Below, piece after piece: positions 26,494 to 29,254 of a stretch of DNA of 29,254 bases (its first letter is position 1; each line of letters starts with the position of its first letter). A program made the translations under genes and the position numbers. The DNA comes from a virus (Duplodnaviria; Caudoviricetes). The notes beneath the pieces were generated by a model. The model was not told the origin of the DNA. It did no database searches and saw only the letters and a program-made list of their open reading frames with translations. The DNA is taken from IMG/VR virus record IMGVR_UViG_3300032225_001255, positions 1 to 29,254 of that record; one strand, 5' to 3'.

Positions 26494-26877
26494 ATGGTTT
26501 ATTTGAATACAAACACAGCGAATCAATACGCATGGCTTTCACTAGATGAAGGACGTGCTTACTTCAACGTTGCATTCACATACTATCTTTTAATTTTAAC
26601 CTACGAAATGACAGGTGAAAAACTCGCTCAGGTCGTAGATGTAGTTATGGAAAGTCAACGAGTAACAAAGATTCGTTTGACAACAGTTGGTCTTGTCGAT
26701 GCTGGTAAATACAAGTACGAAGTGTACGGACAAAACAGCGCAGTTAATTTAGACCCAACAGATGCTTCCGTTGTTGGACTTATTGAACGAGGTTCAATGA
26801 TTCTCCAAGATGGAACAATTTACTTTGACGTTTCAACGCCTACGATTCCCGTAGACGTAATTTATACAGGGGCATAA
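26494..26877 (+). CDS. Virion structural protein (head-closure-like position)
   Basis: Beta-rich, GKYKYEVYGQNSAVNLDP; directly upstream of portal. Confidence 0.55.
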   Translation: MVYLNTNTANQYAWLSLDEGRAYFNVAFTYYLLILTYEMTGEKLAQVVDVVMESQRVTKIRLTTVGLVDAGKYKYEVYGQNSAVNLDPTDASVVGLIERGSMILQDGTIYFDVSTPTIPVDVIYTGA

Positions 26878-26878
26878 T

Positions 26879-28561
26879 ATGAGCAATATACAAGCAATAA
26901 ATCTTTCAGCATACGAACCAGTTGAAGCGGTTGAAAAAGAGAATCGTGCCGGTTGGATTGACTACGGTTTTAACAACTTATTTCCGCAACACCTCATAAC
27001 GCTTTACTACAACAGTCCTATTCATAACGCATTAACGAACTCAATTGCTTATATGATTGAGGGAAAGGGTACAGGAACTATTCTCGACAATGCGCTTCAA
27101 GGTATTGCGTTTGACTTAAAACTTCAAGGTTCGTTTTGTGCTGAAGTAATATGGTCAATGGACTTCACTCGCGTTGTAAAAATCAACCACTTGCCATTTG
27201 AGAACTGTCGTTTAGCTTACGACAAAGAAGAAGAAGATATTACAGGTATTTGGTATTCTCGTGACTGGGCTAATTATCGTAGCAAGAAAGGAAAGCCTGA
27301 GTTCATTCCTTCATTCAATCCTTCACAGGCACAAGAGCAACCAAGACAAGTTATATATGCTCACGGCATGATGGCAGGAAGTTCGTACTACGCGAAACCT
27401 GACTACTTCGGGGCGTTGAATTATGTTGAGTTGTCTTATCAAATGGGCATGTACCACGTCAATAATATATTGAATGGTCTATTCCCTTCATTCATTATTA
27501 ACTTTTTGAATGGCATTCCGCAGAAAGAAGAACGCGAAGCTATTCGTCGTGAGTGGGAAACAAGATTGAGCGGTGCGAGTAATGCGGGTAAGTTTTTGAT
27601 GACCTTCAATGAGGATCCTACACGCGCTCCACAAATCGAATCTTTTCCACTTAGTGACGCAGATAAGCAATATCAATTCTTAAGCGAAGAAACAGCGAAG
27701 CAAATTATGGTAGGACATCGCGTTGTTTCTCCATTAATTCACGGCATACGCGATACAACAGGATTTGGTTCGAACAAAGATGAAATGTTGGTAGGTTTGG
27801 AGATATTTAATAACTTAGTTATTAAGCCATACCAAAGAATCATTGAGAATGTCTTTACTCCAATTTTAGGAGAGATAAATATCGAAATGAACTCTCCATT
27901 CAATGAAGAAGTCGCAGTTGTTCAACCAACAGTCCAGACTACTGAGTTAAAAAAAAAAGTAGTTGCTGCTGAGAATGACTTTTCAGATGAGCAAGGTCGT
28001 GTTTGGATTAATGCACTAAAAGAAAAAGCTGAGTTAGTCGATTTGAATGAGTGGGAATTGTTAAGCGAAGAAGATGTAACAGAGCCTCATAACGAAGCTA
28101 ATTTCAGACAAGAATACATGAGTGTTCGCGATTATTCAAACGCTGACGAGAAGTCTCCATTTGGCGATACAGGACTTTATAAATTACGTTATGCTTACTC
28201 TCAAAATTTAACTGAAAATAGTCGTGAGTTTTGTCAAGAAATGGTAAGTCTTTCGCAAGCAGGTTTGTCTTTTCGTTATGAAGATATTCAAGACATGAGT
28301 GACGCAGGCATAAACGGAGAATTTGCACCTTCTGGAAGTTCAAGTTATAATATTTTTATTTGGAAAGGTGGCGCATTTTGTCACCACTTTTGGAAGCGTC
28401 AAATATATATTAGAAAGCGAGATTCAAAAGGTAAGATTTTACCTAATGATGGATTGAATAATGACAAACGTGTAGGTAATAATCCATACGTTCCACAAAA
28501 AGGTGCAGAAGGTGTTGCGCCAATTAATACACCAAGCAGAGGTTCACTTAAATACTCATAA
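26879..28561 (+). CDS. Portal protein with C-terminal MuF/minor-head-like domain
   Basis: YGFNNLFPQ, YYAKPDY, NGLFPS, SGASNAGK, HRVVSP; C-terminal SREFC...KGGAFCHHFW. Confidence 0.85.
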   Translation: MSNIQAINLSAYEPVEAVEKENRAGWIDYGFNNLFPQHLITLYYNSPIHNALTNSIAYMIEGKGTGTILDNALQGIAFDLKLQGSFCAEVIWSMDFTRVVKINHLPFENCRLAYDKEEEDITGIWYSRDWANYRSKKGKPEFIPSFNPSQAQEQPRQVIYAHGMMAGSSYYAKPDYFGALNYVELSYQMGMYHVNNILNGLFPSFIINFLNGIPQKEEREAIRREWETRLSGASNAGKFLMTFNEDPTRAPQIESFPLSDADKQYQFLSEETAKQIMVGHRVVSPLIHGIRDTTGFGSNKDEMLVGLEIFNNLVIKPYQRIIENVFTPILGEINIEMNSPFNEEVAVVQPTVQTTELKKKVVAAENDFSDEQGRVWINALKEKAELVDLNEWELLSEEDVTEPHNEANFRQEYMSVRDYSNADEKSPFGDTGLYKLRYAYSQNLTENSREFCQEMVSLSQAGLSFRYEDIQDMSDAGINGEFAPSGSSSYNIFIWKGGAFCHHFWKRQIYIRKRDSKGKILPNDGLNNDKRVGNNPYVPQKGAEGVAPINTPSRGSLKYS

Positions 28562-28564
28562 AAA

Positions 28565-29137
28565 ATGGCACTACAACCCGAAGTTCTACTCATTGATGAA
28601 AACTACATTAAGAAATATACGTGGATAAACGGAAGCGTTGACCCATTACTTCTTTATCCTGCTATCTATCTTTCACAAGATAAGTACGCACAGTTGTATT
28701 TAGGTACTGACCTTTATAATCGCATCAAAGAAGACGTGGTGAACGATGACATTGCAGGCGCATACGCGACCCTTCTTGACAATTACTTGCGTCGCATGAT
28801 AATGTGGTGGACGATGTACGAAGTCTTGCCTCATTTGTACGTTAAAACAGATAACGGAAGTCTTGTTATTCGTACAAGCGAAGATACTACACCTATCTCG
28901 CAAACAGACTTACAGAACTATCGCGATCAAGCGCGTTCACAAGCAATGTTTTATACACAGCGTATGGTTGATTATTTGTGTTTCAATCAATCGGAATTCC
29001 CTGAATACACATCAAATACTACTCAACAGATATGGTCACAGACAAATGTTTATCCATCAAACGCTTTTGAGATTTCAACAGGACGTGACCGTATGCCTTA
29101 TCAATATCGTAGACAAGGTTTAGGATGGCTTAGATAA
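28565..29137 (+). CDS. Head-tail connector/adaptor-like protein
   Basis: Helical; INGSVD...QD..LGTDLY...YLC..FPEY; follows portal. Confidence 0.6.
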   Translation: MALQPEVLLIDENYIKKYTWINGSVDPLLLYPAIYLSQDKYAQLYLGTDLYNRIKEDVVNDDIAGAYATLLDNYLRRMIMWWTMYEVLPHLYVKTDNGSLVIRTSEDTTPISQTDLQNYRDQARSQAMFYTQRMVDYLCFNQSEFPEYTSNTTQQIWSQTNVYPSNAFEISTGRDRMPYQYRRQGLGWLR

Positions 29138-29151
29138 TTAAAACAAAATAC

Positions 29152-29254
29152 ATGGCTACAAGGGGACGGAAAAAGGACATGGTTAAGCAGAAGATTTACG
29201 AAGAAAAGTTTCGTAAGTATCTCATCAGAAAAGAAAAACAAATAAAGAAGTTAA
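29152..29254 (+). CDS. Small basic protein (3' truncated)
   Basis: MATRGRKKDMVKQKIYEEKFRKYLIRKEKQIKKL runs off the window end. Confidence 0.5.
   Translation, partial: MATRGRKKDMVKQKIYEEKFRKYLIRKEKQIKKL

Noticed and set aside
222-29123. Many antisense or alternate-frame ORFs in the track (e.g. 222-593, 8507-8956, 15267-15629, 24459-24842, 28863-29123)
   Set aside because: They are shadows of well-supported genes, with no motifs or leaders of their own.
1-29254. Stop-codon reassignment or tRNA genes
   Set aside because: Long genes are intact under the standard code, all three stop codons end genes, and no cloverleaf was recognised.

Overview
The window is most or nearly all of a ~29 kb tailed dsDNA phage genome (siphovirus-like). 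The host is probably Bacteroidota/Flavobacteriia, judging from TAnnTTTG promoter elements and A-rich leaders without Shine-Dalgarno sequences. Layout: lysis cassette (+, 1-2433) with an embedded metallophosphoesterase; a leftward operon (-, 9712-2396) with small early genes, an SSB-like gene, a stand-alone DnaA domain IV, an O/P-like replication pair, an AT-rich nucleotide-modification island and the terminase large subunit; then a rightward arm with VRR-NUC, a sigma-like factor, TerS-like, tail genes, tape measure, protease, scaffold, capsid, tail tube, portal and connector. I saw no integrase, DNA polymerase, tRNA, CRISPR array or reverse transcriptase. Most interesting signals: (1) a ~70 nt promoter-plus-terminator-bounded antisense unit at 24213-24296 that is complementary to the shared start-codon leaders of the early genes; (2) two homopolymer slippage sites, T9 in the tail chaperone and A10 between the portal core and a MuF-like domain; (3) a thymidylate-synthase-fold enzyme with the dCMP-type FGFCND motif beside MazG; (4) a structured non-coding locus at 11182-11470; (5) an unannotated 53 aa peptide resembling the ribonucleotide reductase CxxC tail. 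All functional calls come from motif recognition by eye; no searches were run.
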